From the IMG/VR virus record IMGVR_UViG_3300037470_000672, positions 32,001 through 96,000 of that record: a DNA stretch of 64,000 bases; one strand, 5' to 3'. The DNA is from a virus. Under the pieces are notes generated by a model. That model made no database searches, was not told the DNA's origin, and saw only the letters and a list, made by a program, of their open reading frames with translations. Position 1 is the first letter of the stretch. Every line of letters begins with the position of its first letter. Shown in pieces: positions 19,599 through 29,435 of the stretch. The position numbers were made by a program, and so were the translations under genes.

Positions 19599-21956
19599 CT
19601 ACAGAATCTCGCACTGCCCGCCCGCGCAGGCCACCGTCCCCTGGATGTGGTCGTTCGTGTCGTCCTCCACCGCCATCTGCGCGTAGTCGACGTCGACGAA
19701 CTCCCGCTTGAGATCTTCCCAGAGCTTGATGTTGTTCACGTGCTTGAGGCAGCGCGTCATCTTGCGCACGTCCCCCTCGAAGTGGCGCTCGGCGAACTGG
19801 TTTGCCCGTCGGATCCAGTCCTTCTTCAACCGCATCCGTTCGACCCTGGCGCCGATCTCGTCGGCCTGCTGCGCAAGCTCCACTGCGGCTGAGATTTCCT
19901 TCGTCAACGTAGACGCACCACGGCTTTGGAGAAGGCGCTCCACCTTCTCCTCAGCCCGCTCTGCACTGGTCCTGGCGATGTCGTAGGCCACCTCCAGCTT
20001 GGTGTCTTCCAGGGTTTTTAGCCCCAGCGCGTGCTCGCAGGCGTCCCAGAGATTTCCGTCGTAGGCGTGCTGGCCATCTACGATGAGCCCAGATGCCATG
20101 ATGGCGCCGTTCCCGTATTCAGCCACAACCTCTTCTACCATCGGGACGGCGACGAAGGGGGCCTGGGGGTAGTCCAAGTCCCCTGACGCAGGAAGAAGGG
20201 ATACTCCGGCCAAGTGGAGACGGTTTTCGTAGATGAACCGGCCGACCTTCTCCCATTCCCCCTCACCCACTTCGACCGTGTTGGAAACGTTGTGGGAGAG
20301 CCATGGTTGGGTGCAGCGTGAGGGCACTTTACCGGCGTCCACCCAATGCTTCTTGGTGCTCAGCACCCGTTCGAGCAGCCCGATAGCGCCCACCTGGGCC
20401 TTGGTCAGCGCGTCTTTGCCGGGCTCGATGAGGAAGGTGATGACCTCGGTCTTGCCGTTGGGGTCCCAAACGGACTTCTCACAAGCACGCAGGTTGTGCA
20501 TCTTGAAAAGCTGGTAGGCCGGCTCGTTGATGTTGGCCTGCACCCGACGAAGGACGCGGCGGGCGTGGTGTCCGTGGATCCCGGAAGCGGACTTGAGGAC
20601 ACAACTCCCCGTACCTTCCGGCTTGAGACAGGTAGCACGCGCAGTCAGATTTACGCCCAGTTTGGGAGCAAGCTCCTTGTTCACCGCCAGGACGAGCTTA
20701 GCCATCTCCTCTTGGAGCGCGGGGTCGAAAGCGACGTCCGGGCTGTCCATCATCCCCGTCATGGAGACACCCAGAAGCGCCTCACGACGGGTGATACGCT
20801 CGGACACCGGTCCCAGGTAGGCGAAGTCCGTGTAGCCGGCCTGTAGGGTTCCGATGATAGCGGCGGCTCGCGTAGCCCGACGGAACGTTTCATCATCGTA
20901 AATGCGCGCCATGTTCAGAGTCGACAAATTGCACATTTGCCACCCGGATTCTCCGGTTTCGGAGCATACGGGCCACATACCGATCTCCAAACATGGGTTG
21001 TAGACGATCTCTGTATCATCGCCGAAAACAAACCCCGGCTCACCCCACTCTCTTGCCAGGTTCAAGACACGCTGGAAATCCCCCCATTGGGTTTTTTCAC
21101 GAAGTAGTAACACGCTGTTGTTGCTGCGGCCTCGCTGCGGGTTCTTGTGCATCCAATCGCCGATCTTTGCTGTCATCATCTCCTGGTCTTCGGGGGAGAA
21201 TAGTGAAATCGAGGCCGACCTCCTAACTCCACCTGATAGAACCGCATCAGACTCGTGCATCACGATGTCGTAGGCGTGGATGGGCCGAAGCTGGTCCCCC
21301 TCTGCGCAGGCGCGCTCAAGGATGTCACGCGCCTTCTCCAGCGCGCGTTTGAGCGGTTCGGGGCCGGGTGCTTTACACCCGGAGGATCGAATAAGCGCCC
21401 CCTCAGGGCGGATGAGAGAAAAATCGAACTCGATATACCTGCCGCGGTACTGCGGAAAGTCGACCCTCCCACCAATGAAGTAACTCGACAGTAGAGCGCC
21501 GAAAGCGTCGGCCCACCCCTCGATGGAGTCGTCGATGGTGTGGATGACGGAACTGCCGTTCCCTTTGGGAGGGGCGATCTGAGGGAGCTTGGCGACGTGG
21601 TGCTGCTGGACAGAAAAACCCACCCCGCACCCACACAGAAGCAAAAAGACCGCCTCCTGGAAGAACCGGGGGCGGTCGCAGTAGGACGTGCAGCAGTTGT
21701 ACAGCTTGAGGTTGTGGCGCTCGATACAGTCCCCTCCGTACTGGAGCGCGCGTTGACTACCTAACACAAGCCCGTCAAGGAAAGCAGCCTCAGCAAAGTC
21801 AATCTCGTCGTCCACCCCCATACCCGCGTACTTCTTGCGGTGCATGTCGAACATGCGCTTGCCGGCTTCGGGTAGCGTTTCTCGGCGGTGCTGTTCGGGG
21901 ATGGTTCGGGCGTACTTGGAAGTGAAGACGTAGCTGCTCAAAGCTTGCTGAGTCAT
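19599..21956 (-). CDS. nrdJ: Ribonucleotide reductase catalytic subunit (probably class II, NrdJ-like)
   Basis: LYNC; NPCLEI; CNL; KPEGT; C-terminal CAGGQC; no beta-subunit gene nearby. Confidence 0.85.
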   Translation of the reverse strand: MTQQALSSYVFTSKYARTIPEQHRRETLPEAGKRMFDMHRKKYAGMGVDDEIDFAEAAFLDGLVLGSQRALQYGGDCIERHNLKLYNCCTSYCDRPRFFQEAVFLLLCGCGVGFSVQQHHVAKLPQIAPPKGNGSSVIHTIDDSIEGWADAFGALLSSYFIGGRVDFPQYRGRYIEFDFSLIRPEGALIRSSGCKAPGPEPLKRALEKARDILERACAEGDQLRPIHAYDIVMHESDAVLSGGVRRSASISLFSPEDQEMMTAKIGDWMHKNPQRGRSNNSVLLLREKTQWGDFQRVLNLAREWGEPGFVFGDDTEIVYNPCLEIGMWPVCSETGESGWQMCNLSTLNMARIYDDETFRRATRAAAIIGTLQAGYTDFAYLGPVSERITRREALLGVSMTGMMDSPDVAFDPALQEEMAKLVLAVNKELAPKLGVNLTARATCLKPEGTGSCVLKSASGIHGHHARRVLRRVQANINEPAYQLFKMHNLRACEKSVWDPNGKTEVITFLIEPGKDALTKAQVGAIGLLERVLSTKKHWVDAGKVPSRCTQPWLSHNVSNTVEVGEGEWEKVGRFIYENRLHLAGVSLLPASGDLDYPQAPFVAVPMVEEVVAEYGNGAIMASGLIVDGQHAYDGNLWDACEHALGLKTLEDTKLEVAYDIARTSAERAEEKVERLLQSRGASTLTKEISAAVELAQQADEIGARVERMRLKKDWIRRANQFAERHFEGDVRKMTRCLKHVNNIKLWEDLKREFVDVDYAQMAVEDDTNDHIQGTVACAGGQCEIL

Positions 21957-22195
21957 GCTCTGTTCACCAGACAAAAAGGTGATTAGATACTCTCATCTAT
22001 AGAGGTATCTGTGGGGCGACATTGTGTAGCTTGCCAGGTCCAGATCGAGTGAGCCGACCTTCCATCCTACTCGTGGGACCAGTCGCTGACTAGGGTGTTC
22101 TGGTCGCGCTAGGCGGTTTTCTCGACGAGAAACGTGCGGCTTGCTAGCTGCACACCCAAAAAACGCAACCGGTTAGCAGCGTTGCTTGGTGGGGC

Positions 22196-22945
22196 TCATG
22201 CGTCGCTCGATGAAAGCGCTTCTATGCTCTCGGAGGAATGGCGGATGGCCTTGGCGGCGATGCCTGCGAGCTGATCTGCACGCTCGTTTTCAGGGTGCCC
22301 AGCATGCCCTTTCACCCAGGACCACTTGATAAAGAGACCGTGGCTGAGACGGTACATCTCTTCCCAAAGAGGGCGATTGGCGACTGGGTTTCCTTGGCTA
22401 TTGAGCCATCCTCGGCGCTTCCAGCCCTCGATCCATTCCGTTATGCCTTTGAGCACGTACTCGGAGTCGGAAACGACCTTGATGGTCTTGTGGGTATCGA
22501 GGTTCTCGCGCACCCAGGTAAGACCTTTGATGACCGCCGTCATCTCAGCGATGTTGTTGGTCGCTGGTTTTGGGATGCCTCCGGAGATTTCCGCGGTCTG
22601 CCGCTGTCCATCTGCAATCCAGACAATCACGGCCGCCCACCCACCGTAGCCCCCGGGGTTCTTCGTGATGGAACCGTCGGTGTAGATGGCGACATCAGCG
22701 CCGTCGAGGCTTGAGGGGGCAATGTCTTCGGGGCGCTCTTCTACAGGCTGAGGGTGCACGGTCAGCAGCGCTGGGTAGACCTTGAGATGCTGGCCGCTGT
22801 CGCTGAGCCGTCGCTTGGCGGCAAAGGCGTCCTCTTTGGAGCGATGTAGGTCTCCGACCATTCGCCCTAGCCGCGGATCGTCGGCAAGGAGGAATACCTT
22901 GTGAACCTTGGGGATGGGAGGTCTTTTCAACTCAACTTCCAGCAT
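22196..22945 (-). CDS. rnhA: Ribonuclease HI with N-terminal extension
   Basis: IYTDGS; TNNIAEM; SDSEY; WVKGHAGHPENERADQLA. Confidence 0.95.
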   Translation of the reverse strand: MLEVELKRPPIPKVHKVFLLADDPRLGRMVGDLHRSKEDAFAAKRRLSDSGQHLKVYPALLTVHPQPVEERPEDIAPSSLDGADVAIYTDGSITKNPGGYGGWAAVIVWIADGQRQTAEISGGIPKPATNNIAEMTAVIKGLTWVRENLDTHKTIKVVSDSEYVLKGITEWIEGWKRRGWLNSQGNPVANRPLWEEMYRLSHGLFIKWSWVKGHAGHPENERADQLAGIAAKAIRHSSESIEALSSSDA

Positions 22946-22979
22946 CGAAACAGTTTGAACCGGTTGGTGGGTTACTGTT

Positions 22980-23977
22980 TCACTTGGTCGTCGCTTCGAC
23001 GGGACGAAGAGGTTCCCCTGTGCGCAACCGATGGAAGAAGTACCGAAACATCTCCACCTGGAAAATGAACTGGAAGGTCAGGCCACAGACACTCGGCGGA
23101 TCGTCGGTGTGGAGCCGCATGACTTCGCGCTTCTCGTACCAGGCTTCGTAGAACGCATGCTCGTGGTCGAAGTGACGTGCGCGCACGCCGTCGACGAACT
23201 GCTTTTCCTTCTCCGCCCAAGAATCGAACTGGTCCTCCTCCAGAGCACGCTGTGCCTCCTCTGCAACCTCATCAAGGTAGCGGGTGATCAAAGCCGGCTG
23301 GAAATCTTCGATCCCTACCCGACCTGGAACCTTCTCTGCGATGTAGGTCAAGTCGTAGTCGTAACGCTGGCGAGGAAGAAGCTGCCGTTCGAGCCAAAGC
23401 ATCGCGTTGGCGTCGTTCGGCCTGAAAAAGACCTCCCCTGCGTCTCCGTAGGCCATCAGCATTCCGGGAGCGCGAAGGATCCTCATCCAGTAAGCCCAGT
23501 GGTGAGGACGTCCTTTGGGGCGTATGAAGAGCCACTGGTTCTCGTTCTCTTGCTTGACCTCGTGCTCAGCGAACACCCTCATCGCTAGCTTCCGGGCATC
23601 CTCACGAACGGACGGCAGGTAGGTAGCTCGACTCATTCGGACCCCCACAACGACGGATCGATCGGGGCGTCGTCCCCCTGGGTTTTGTCTGGCTTGATGC
23701 CCAGAACCGTTTGCTGGCGTTTACCGATGGCTTCGACAGCATCATGAGCAGGTGGATGCAATCCCATGCAGACAGCTTTGGCGTCTTCGTAGGCGTTGTT
23801 TACAGCACGTTCGACGTTCTCATTGGCGCGTCGAACCAGGGTGTCGGCGTCCTGTTGGATCTGAGTAAACAGCTCGACCACCTCATCGAAGACACAGTCG
23901 CGCATGCGGGCGCGAAGGGTTTTGGAGGTAGATTCAGCCTTGGTCAGCGCGGCTTCGACTCGTTCCTCGATCGTCAA
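22980..23977 (-). CDS. Two hypothetical genes (22980..23636; 23633..23977)
   Basis: ATGA overlap; the TTG start at 23977 lies 11 nt from the terminal CRISPR repeat. Confidence 0.6.
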
Positions 23978-23988
23978 AATATACCCCT

Positions 23989-24172
23989 GTATCGGAATTC
24001 CATATATCCGAGCATCTTTTCATCCCCACGCACGCCTCGAACGCCCGTAGCTGCCCACTCGTGTCTCGGAATTTCAAGGATCCGAGCATCCTTTCAACCA
24101 GTCGAGCTACCGCACGGCGACGGTCGCGTCGCTCTTGTCTCGGAATTTCAAGGATCCGAGCATCCTTTCAAC
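23989..24172 (-). CRISPR. CRISPR array: three 36-nt repeats, two 38-nt spacers
   Basis: Repeats at 24137-24172 and 24063-24098 (identical) and 23989-24024 (degenerate trailer, 29/36); starts 23 nt after the cas12 stop. Confidence 0.95.
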
Positions 24173-24195
24173 AGGATCCACCTAACCTACCGTAT

Positions 24196-25974
24196 TTACT
24201 CACCTCCATCAGCGCTTTGCAAGCGCCGCGCTTGCTGCTCTTCGAGCATCCCGCGAAATCGTTGCTGCCTTCGGGAAAGCACCTTCTTTCCACTGTCTTG
24301 ACCCTCGCGAGCGCCTTCCTCGACAGGCGTCACCGCCGGGGCTCTCGCGAGCAGGTTGTGCGCGGCGTTCTCGTCCTGATCCCACTCCGCGCCACACTGT
24401 TCACACGTGTAGCGGAGTTTGGCTGCCTGGTCCCAGGTGTTGCGGTGCTGACAGCAGTGACAATCCGTTGTCGTCCACTCGGCTGGTACCTCGGCAATAT
24501 CGGCACCTCGCCGGCCGCATGCGTTGTGGATGCGCTGGCGCAGGTCTGATACGCAGGCGACAAATCGCCCGTAGTTCTGCTTGCGCTGGTCGCGGGTGCC
24601 TTCTTCGGCATCGCCCCGCTTAGTCGCGTCACGCAGGTCAAACTTCTCCAGCACCACTCGCGAATAGGCGGTGCTGAGCGTGTTGGCGAACTGCCGGTAC
24701 ACCTCTCGTCGCTGGCGCAGAACCCGGCGCGACTCCTCAACCTCCCACTGCCCAAGGTGCAAGTCGTTGCGGCGCCACGCCTCCAGTCGCTCCACCAGGT
24801 CGGCAGGCATCTGGTCACGATGCTCGTCGTAGAGCCGCAGGACCCGTCGTGGGTTGCGCCAGAGATGGACGTGCGCGGGGTCTGCGCCCATCGCCTCGTG
24901 GTCGACTGTCTGGAGCCATGCGTGGATGCGGGGCTTGACCTCGTCGAATATCTTATCCCGCACAGCTCGGATGCTGTCTGCATGCTGGTCCTTGCGCAGC
25001 ATCATGGCGGGGAGCCGCAGCTCGCCCTCGCGGCCGAATTCGTCGACCCAGTAGGCGACGCGCAGACTGCCGTCGTCAAGTAGCCGCCAGCCGACGTCGA
25101 TCGCTACGGTGCCGTGGCCGCATGCGACCTTTTCAGGCTCGGCGTCGACGACGAACTGCACCTTCCACACGTATCGGGTCGCGCGCTTTTGGCGTAGCAA
25201 GTGGACCCACTTGATCCGTCCCGCGGGCAACGGCTGATGGTAGTCGATGGGGATGACGGCGAAGATCGGATCGCGGCCTTCGCTGCCGACGCGAAAGCGC
25301 ATCACGGTCTTCTGTAGCCGCCGGCGCCCCTTGCGCGAATCGGATTGGGCGGTCGGTCGTTCGATCCAGCAGCGCGTGTCGGGCTCGTGGATGAGCGCAG
25401 CATCCAGCCCGCCCTGAAGCTGGACCGCGAGATGTCCGTTACCGGTCCAGCGCTTGAAGTGCGGGTCCGCGATTGCTTTGCTGGCCTGTTCGACCGCCTG
25501 CTCCACGATGAGGTACGTGCCCCAGTACAGACCGGACGCAGCGCGGGCGCTTTTCACCTGGTCGGCGGCCGTCTTGTTGACGTCCGCTAGCGCCGTCTGA
25601 ACAACGGCGTCGTCCGCAATGAGTGCTTTAGCAACGCGAAGGTCGGCGCGAGCCGCCTTCAGGCGAGGCTTCAGCTCGCAGGCGCGGTCTCGCAACATCT
25701 GCGTCGCCAGCTTGGCAGCCGAGCGGGTTTGGCGACGTAGGAGGTTGATCTCCGCGCGCACGTTGTGCAGTTCATCGGCCAGTGTTTTGACCTCGCCTGC
25801 GAGCTTTTCGGTGTCGGGGTGACCTTCGAGCACTTCGCGCACCTTCTGGCGCCGCGCTCGCTCGATCTCGACAAGCGCGTTGTGATAACGATGCGCCAAG
25901 TGCATCTGATCACTGACCAGGTCAGCCATGTCAGTCGCTGTTTTAGCGCGGTACTCGTAAATACGGACTGTCAT
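24196..25974 (-). CDS. cas12m: Type V CRISPR effector, Cas12m-like (V-M/V-U1), 592 aa
   Basis: Long helical N-terminus with LYWGTY and GHLAVQLQ; RuvC D293 (AIDVGWR), E443, D534 (DQDENAA); Cys Zn-finger; adjacent array. Confidence 0.8.
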   Translation of the reverse strand: MTVRIYEYRAKTATDMADLVSDQMHLAHRYHNALVEIERARRQKVREVLEGHPDTEKLAGEVKTLADELHNVRAEINLLRRQTRSAAKLATQMLRDRACELKPRLKAARADLRVAKALIADDAVVQTALADVNKTAADQVKSARAASGLYWGTYLIVEQAVEQASKAIADPHFKRWTGNGHLAVQLQGGLDAALIHEPDTRCWIERPTAQSDSRKGRRRLQKTVMRFRVGSEGRDPIFAVIPIDYHQPLPAGRIKWVHLLRQKRATRYVWKVQFVVDAEPEKVACGHGTVAIDVGWRLLDDGSLRVAYWVDEFGREGELRLPAMMLRKDQHADSIRAVRDKIFDEVKPRIHAWLQTVDHEAMGADPAHVHLWRNPRRVLRLYDEHRDQMPADLVERLEAWRRNDLHLGQWEVEESRRVLRQRREVYRQFANTLSTAYSRVVLEKFDLRDATKRGDAEEGTRDQRKQNYGRFVACVSDLRQRIHNACGRRGADIAEVPAEWTTTDCHCCQHRNTWDQAAKLRYTCEQCGAEWDQDENAAHNLLARAPAVTPVEEGAREGQDSGKKVLSRRQQRFRGMLEEQQARRLQSADGGE

Positions 25975-26024
25975 GATCTCTCTGTTTCCCTACCTAATAA
26001 AGTAGGTAGAATAAGCGCACCCTC

Positions 26025-28200
26025 TCACATGTTAAACAGCATGGTGCGCTGGACAACGCGAAAGCCGTATCCGGGTGCGATGACGATCTCTTTCGTCTCG
26101 GCGATAGGGTCGACGCGACGCGGATGGTCACAAGGAGCGACCTCGACGTGGTAGCCGTCGAGGCTTTTTCCAGGATCGTGCAAAAGAAACACCTTCCCCG
26201 CGTCAGGTGCCACACACGTCAGGTGGCCACACTTGGGACACGGGCCGTCGTTCTTGCTGTGATCATCGAGCGCTCGTCTCAACCGTCCAGTGATCTGCCC
26301 GCTACCCTTCTGCGTTCTACAAGGATGAAGGCAGAGCGATCCGTATGCCGCCATCACTGATGCGGCGTACATGCGGTCTTGCTCGCTGAGCTGGTCGGGC
26401 GCATAGCGCAGTCGCCACTGCACACCGTCTGGGTCGTCCGGGCGCGGCCAGGTGGTGGTGTCCGGCCCCCCGTCCAGGATGACGTAGGAGCCTCGGATCC
26501 GCGCGCTACCATAGGTCAAGACCGGGATGGAGTAGAGTTCCACCTCTCCTGGGTTTCCCCGCTCAACGGCGCAGTAGCAGGTGTCACAGATCCCGGGGAT
26601 GGCGTCATCGACGCCGTCGGCGCAGCCGTCTTCGTAGCAGACCTGCTTGCCGCAGCCAGGACAGACCCGGAGGTAACCCCAGCAGTAGTCTGGGACGGGA
26701 TGGTTGTGGGACTCACAGCCGGAGGGAAGGCGTAAGCGCATAGGCTCGGGAGGGCCGAGAGAGCTGGCGAAACCTTCTCGGATCCGCTGCGCCCTGATGC
26801 GTTCGCGGTCTTCTTTGGTGATCATCACTTATCCTCTGGTCGTCGGAACATCTCTCCCCATTTGATGGCGATGGATGGATCGTCGCGACCCCTAGATGCC
26901 TGGTGCATGTCAAGGATCCACTGGAGGAGGCTATCGGGCAGAAACGTTCCAGGCGGTGGTGTGTACTCCCAAGCGCCGTTTACTGGGTTGCGTGTAAGGT
27001 AACGACAGTTGACCAATTCGTTGAGTCGTTCCATCAACATGGCGTTGTGTTTGTGAGGCCCCCCGCTGCTGTGGTCGAACACATCTCCCTTCCATCCGCA
27101 CGCGATGTTGAGGAGGTCGGCGTGAAGCGTGACAGGGGCGCGTTCGTCGAGAGCAATCGAAACAAGCTGGTGCAGCTCGTTGGCTACAACGGCCACGGTC
27201 GGCGTGGTGTCCATGGGACCGGCTGTTGGGAGAACGAGCCGGCCTTCGGGTGTTCCTCTGCATAGCTGTGGCGCGATGAGGGGCATCAGGACGTCTCCGG
27301 CCAGACCGGCTCCGGCCAGATCAGCTTCTGCGCCACGTCGGTGTCAATCACTGCGTCCGCCTCATGCCAACGGCGCACCAACACGTCATCCGGGGTGTAG
27401 TAGCTGTCCTCGACTTCGTGAGCCTTGTCGATCTGTTGGAGCAGGTGCCGAAGCGCATGGACTTCCGTGGTTAGGTCTTTCGGATCGGGGGTGTCGGGCG
27501 CAGAAGTGCTGCGCTCGTTCGCAAGGATGAGCTTCTGAATCTTGGCGAAATCGGTATCGATGTCTTCGCGGTCGTCACCGAGCCGAACTCGCAGCAGCAA
27601 GATCATGTAACGCACATGCCCCAGCGTGGCTTCTGCGCGCTCGGCGCGTGCTCGCACCTCTGCCAGATCGCTCAGCAGCACGACCATTTGGTCGGGGTTA
27701 ACACACTCATTGCAGAGGATAACTTCCCCCTCTTTACCCGCTTCGACAAGAGTATTGTCCCCGCAGACGTCACAGGCACGTGTGATCATTCACTGCTCCC
27801 ACCGCCAGGATGTCTACCTTGGCGCGGCCCAACGGGTCCGGTTCCGTCTCCGAGTAGGTGAACACGGCGCCCGGGTACCCTTGACTGGTGATCCTTCCGG
27901 CCGCGTAGCTCTTGGCCTTCTGGACGTCTTCCTCCGTGCCGCAGTTCAGCCAGATGCAGGCTTTGGGCTGGACCTGCTCCACCAGGCGGGGATGGCGACC
28001 GAGGTCGGCGGCGAAAGCCTCGCCGTCCCAGACGCTAACCGTCTCGGTCCAGGCGACAACGATCACCATGACACGCGCTCCCGGCAAGCCCTACAGCTCG
28101 CCTCCTTCTTGCGGTCGCGATGGCGCCCGGCCTTGGCCGACCGTCGCATCATGGCGACGACCACCGGGTTACGGTCTTTCGGCTGCTTGCGCTTGGCCAT
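26025..28200 (-). CDS. Cluster of hypothetical early genes (26025..26828; 26825..27286; 27286..27789; 27770..28069; 28063..28200)
   Basis: Coupled ORFs under promoter TTGACA-17-TACGGT (28242-28270) with conserved leader. Confidence 0.6.
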
Positions 28201-28211
28201 CTTGCACTCCT

Positions 28212-28730
28212 TCAGCGATCCTTCGCTGATCTGTTTCGCCTACCGTAAGACCTAGCTTTTGCCTTGTCAAGGGACAAGACCTTTGCCTGGTTCTTTTTTC
28301 GGTATTGGACCACTTCCCGCTCGGGCGGTGGTAGGCCCGTGAAGGGAACGATCGCAGGAAACCCAAACCGAGGTAGGTGCGTACAAAGCCGCTGCACCAG
28401 GATGGGGAGGCGCAAGTTCTCCGACTGCAAACCCTCAAGATCCGACATAAAAACCGTAGCTATCGGCTTGGGTAGCTCGACGGTCCAGTCCCAAAAGGCC
28501 AGCGTATGGAGACCGGAGATTTCACCCACCAGGGCTTGGCGCTCTGGGTACGCCACGTTCCGATACTCTGGCTTGGGTGGCAGCAGCTTCACCAGATGCG
28601 ATGGCGGAAAGCGCCGCTGATCTGATGGACCGCACGGCGTGAGCTGGCGGTTTTCACCTAGCTTCCAAAGCTGGTGGCGGTTGCCCTCGCGTAGAACGCC
28701 GAAGAAGTACGATTCGTGCTGCATTCTCAC
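28212..28730 (-). CDS. Hypothetical protein
   Basis: 172-aa ORF coupled to 28727..29284. Confidence 0.55.
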   Translation of the reverse strand: MRMQHESYFFGVLREGNRHQLWKLGENRQLTPCGPSDQRRFPPSHLVKLLPPKPEYRNVAYPERQALVGEISGLHTLAFWDWTVELPKPIATVFMSDLEGLQSENLRLPILVQRLCTHLPRFGFPAIVPFTGLPPPEREVVQYRKKNQAKVLSLDKAKARSYGRRNRSAKDR

Positions 28731-29284
28731 CGCATCTTGCTGCGAATGCGAGCCTGGCCCTCGGGCGTGGAGAGGTCAATCGAGGGGACTTTGAGCTTGT
28801 CTGCTACCCGCCAGGCGTGATTGGTCCCGCCCCTTTGATGGTCTATCAGGTTGCGCGCAGCCAAGAGCTGGTTCGCCCCCTGCACTACTCCGACATTGCG
28901 GATGAGGAGAAGCCGAGCACCATCTGAGCATTTTTCGGGATGGGGGTGACACGAGCGCGCCAGCTCCGCCCACTGGAGAAACTCCTGGTTGCCAGGCTGT
29001 TCCCAGCTCCCGCCCGGTAGCTGGTCGTCATCGAAGTGACAGATCAGATGGTTGTCAGGATGCAGAGATTTCGTGTTGTAATCAGGCCAGGGCAGGTAGA
29101 CGTGCACCAAGGTCGGGTCGACCCGATTGGCGCCGCGAGCAAACGCCTGGTCAGGTCCAGCCGCGTTCCCGTGGGTCAGGATGAAGCCCTTGGCGACTAT
29201 GTAGGCGCCCACCTCTTCACAGAGCTGGAGAACTTCCCGGGAGGTACCTCTCCAACCAGCGCAGGCGATCTTAGGGTGGGCCAC
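28727..29284 (-). CDS. SLOG-superfamily (DprA/Smf-like) protein
   Basis: GWRGTS; THGNAAGPDQAF; GGT..AWRVA motifs. Confidence 0.65.
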   Translation of the reverse strand: MAHPKIACAGWRGTSREVLQLCEEVGAYIVAKGFILTHGNAAGPDQAFARGANRVDPTLVHVYLPWPDYNTKSLHPDNHLICHFDDDQLPGGSWEQPGNQEFLQWAELARSCHPHPEKCSDGARLLLIRNVGVVQGANQLLAARNLIDHQRGGTNHAWRVADKLKVPSIDLSTPEGQARIRSKMR

Positions 29285-29366
29285 ACACCTAACCTACACA
29301 TAACCGAAGAATGATCAAGTGGTGCTCGGGTTCACGTTGTGCCAGCCTGATTTCGCTTCCGCCCTC

Positions 29367-29428
29367 TTGACAATCCGTATAGCTGCGCGTAGAGTGATCT
29401 CATGTCAGGGACGGTTCCCTGAAGGAGG
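29367..29428 (+). promoter_or_regulatory. Plus-strand promoter TTGACA-17-TAGAGT with leader hairpin CAGGGA-CGGT-TCCCTG-AAGGAGG
   Basis: Same architecture as the minus-strand early promoters. Confidence 0.75.
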
Positions 29429-29435
29429 TTCCACG

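Noticed and set aside
21975-22040. Inverted repeat AGATAC...GTATCT upstream of the ribonucleotide reductase as an NrdR box or cobalamin riboswitch
   Set aside because: The match to the NrdR consensus is poor and no riboswitch motifs were recognised.
23622-23633. 12-nt match (GGTAGCTCGACT) between array spacer 1 and the start of gene 22980..23636, a possible self-target
   Set aside because: It covers only the PAM-distal end of the spacer, and a 12-mer match is plausible by chance in 64 kb of GC-rich DNA. I found no longer self-match for any guide by eye.
24179-24190. CACCTAACCTAC shared between the array leader and 29286-29297
   Set aside because: Only two short copies with an RBS-like sequence; not enough to call a motif.
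24196-25974. Interpretation as an IS605/IS1341 TnpB transposon
   Set aside because: No tnpA or clear paired IS ends are seen. A regularly spaced repeat-spacer array follows the gene directly, and the N-terminus is Cas12m-like.
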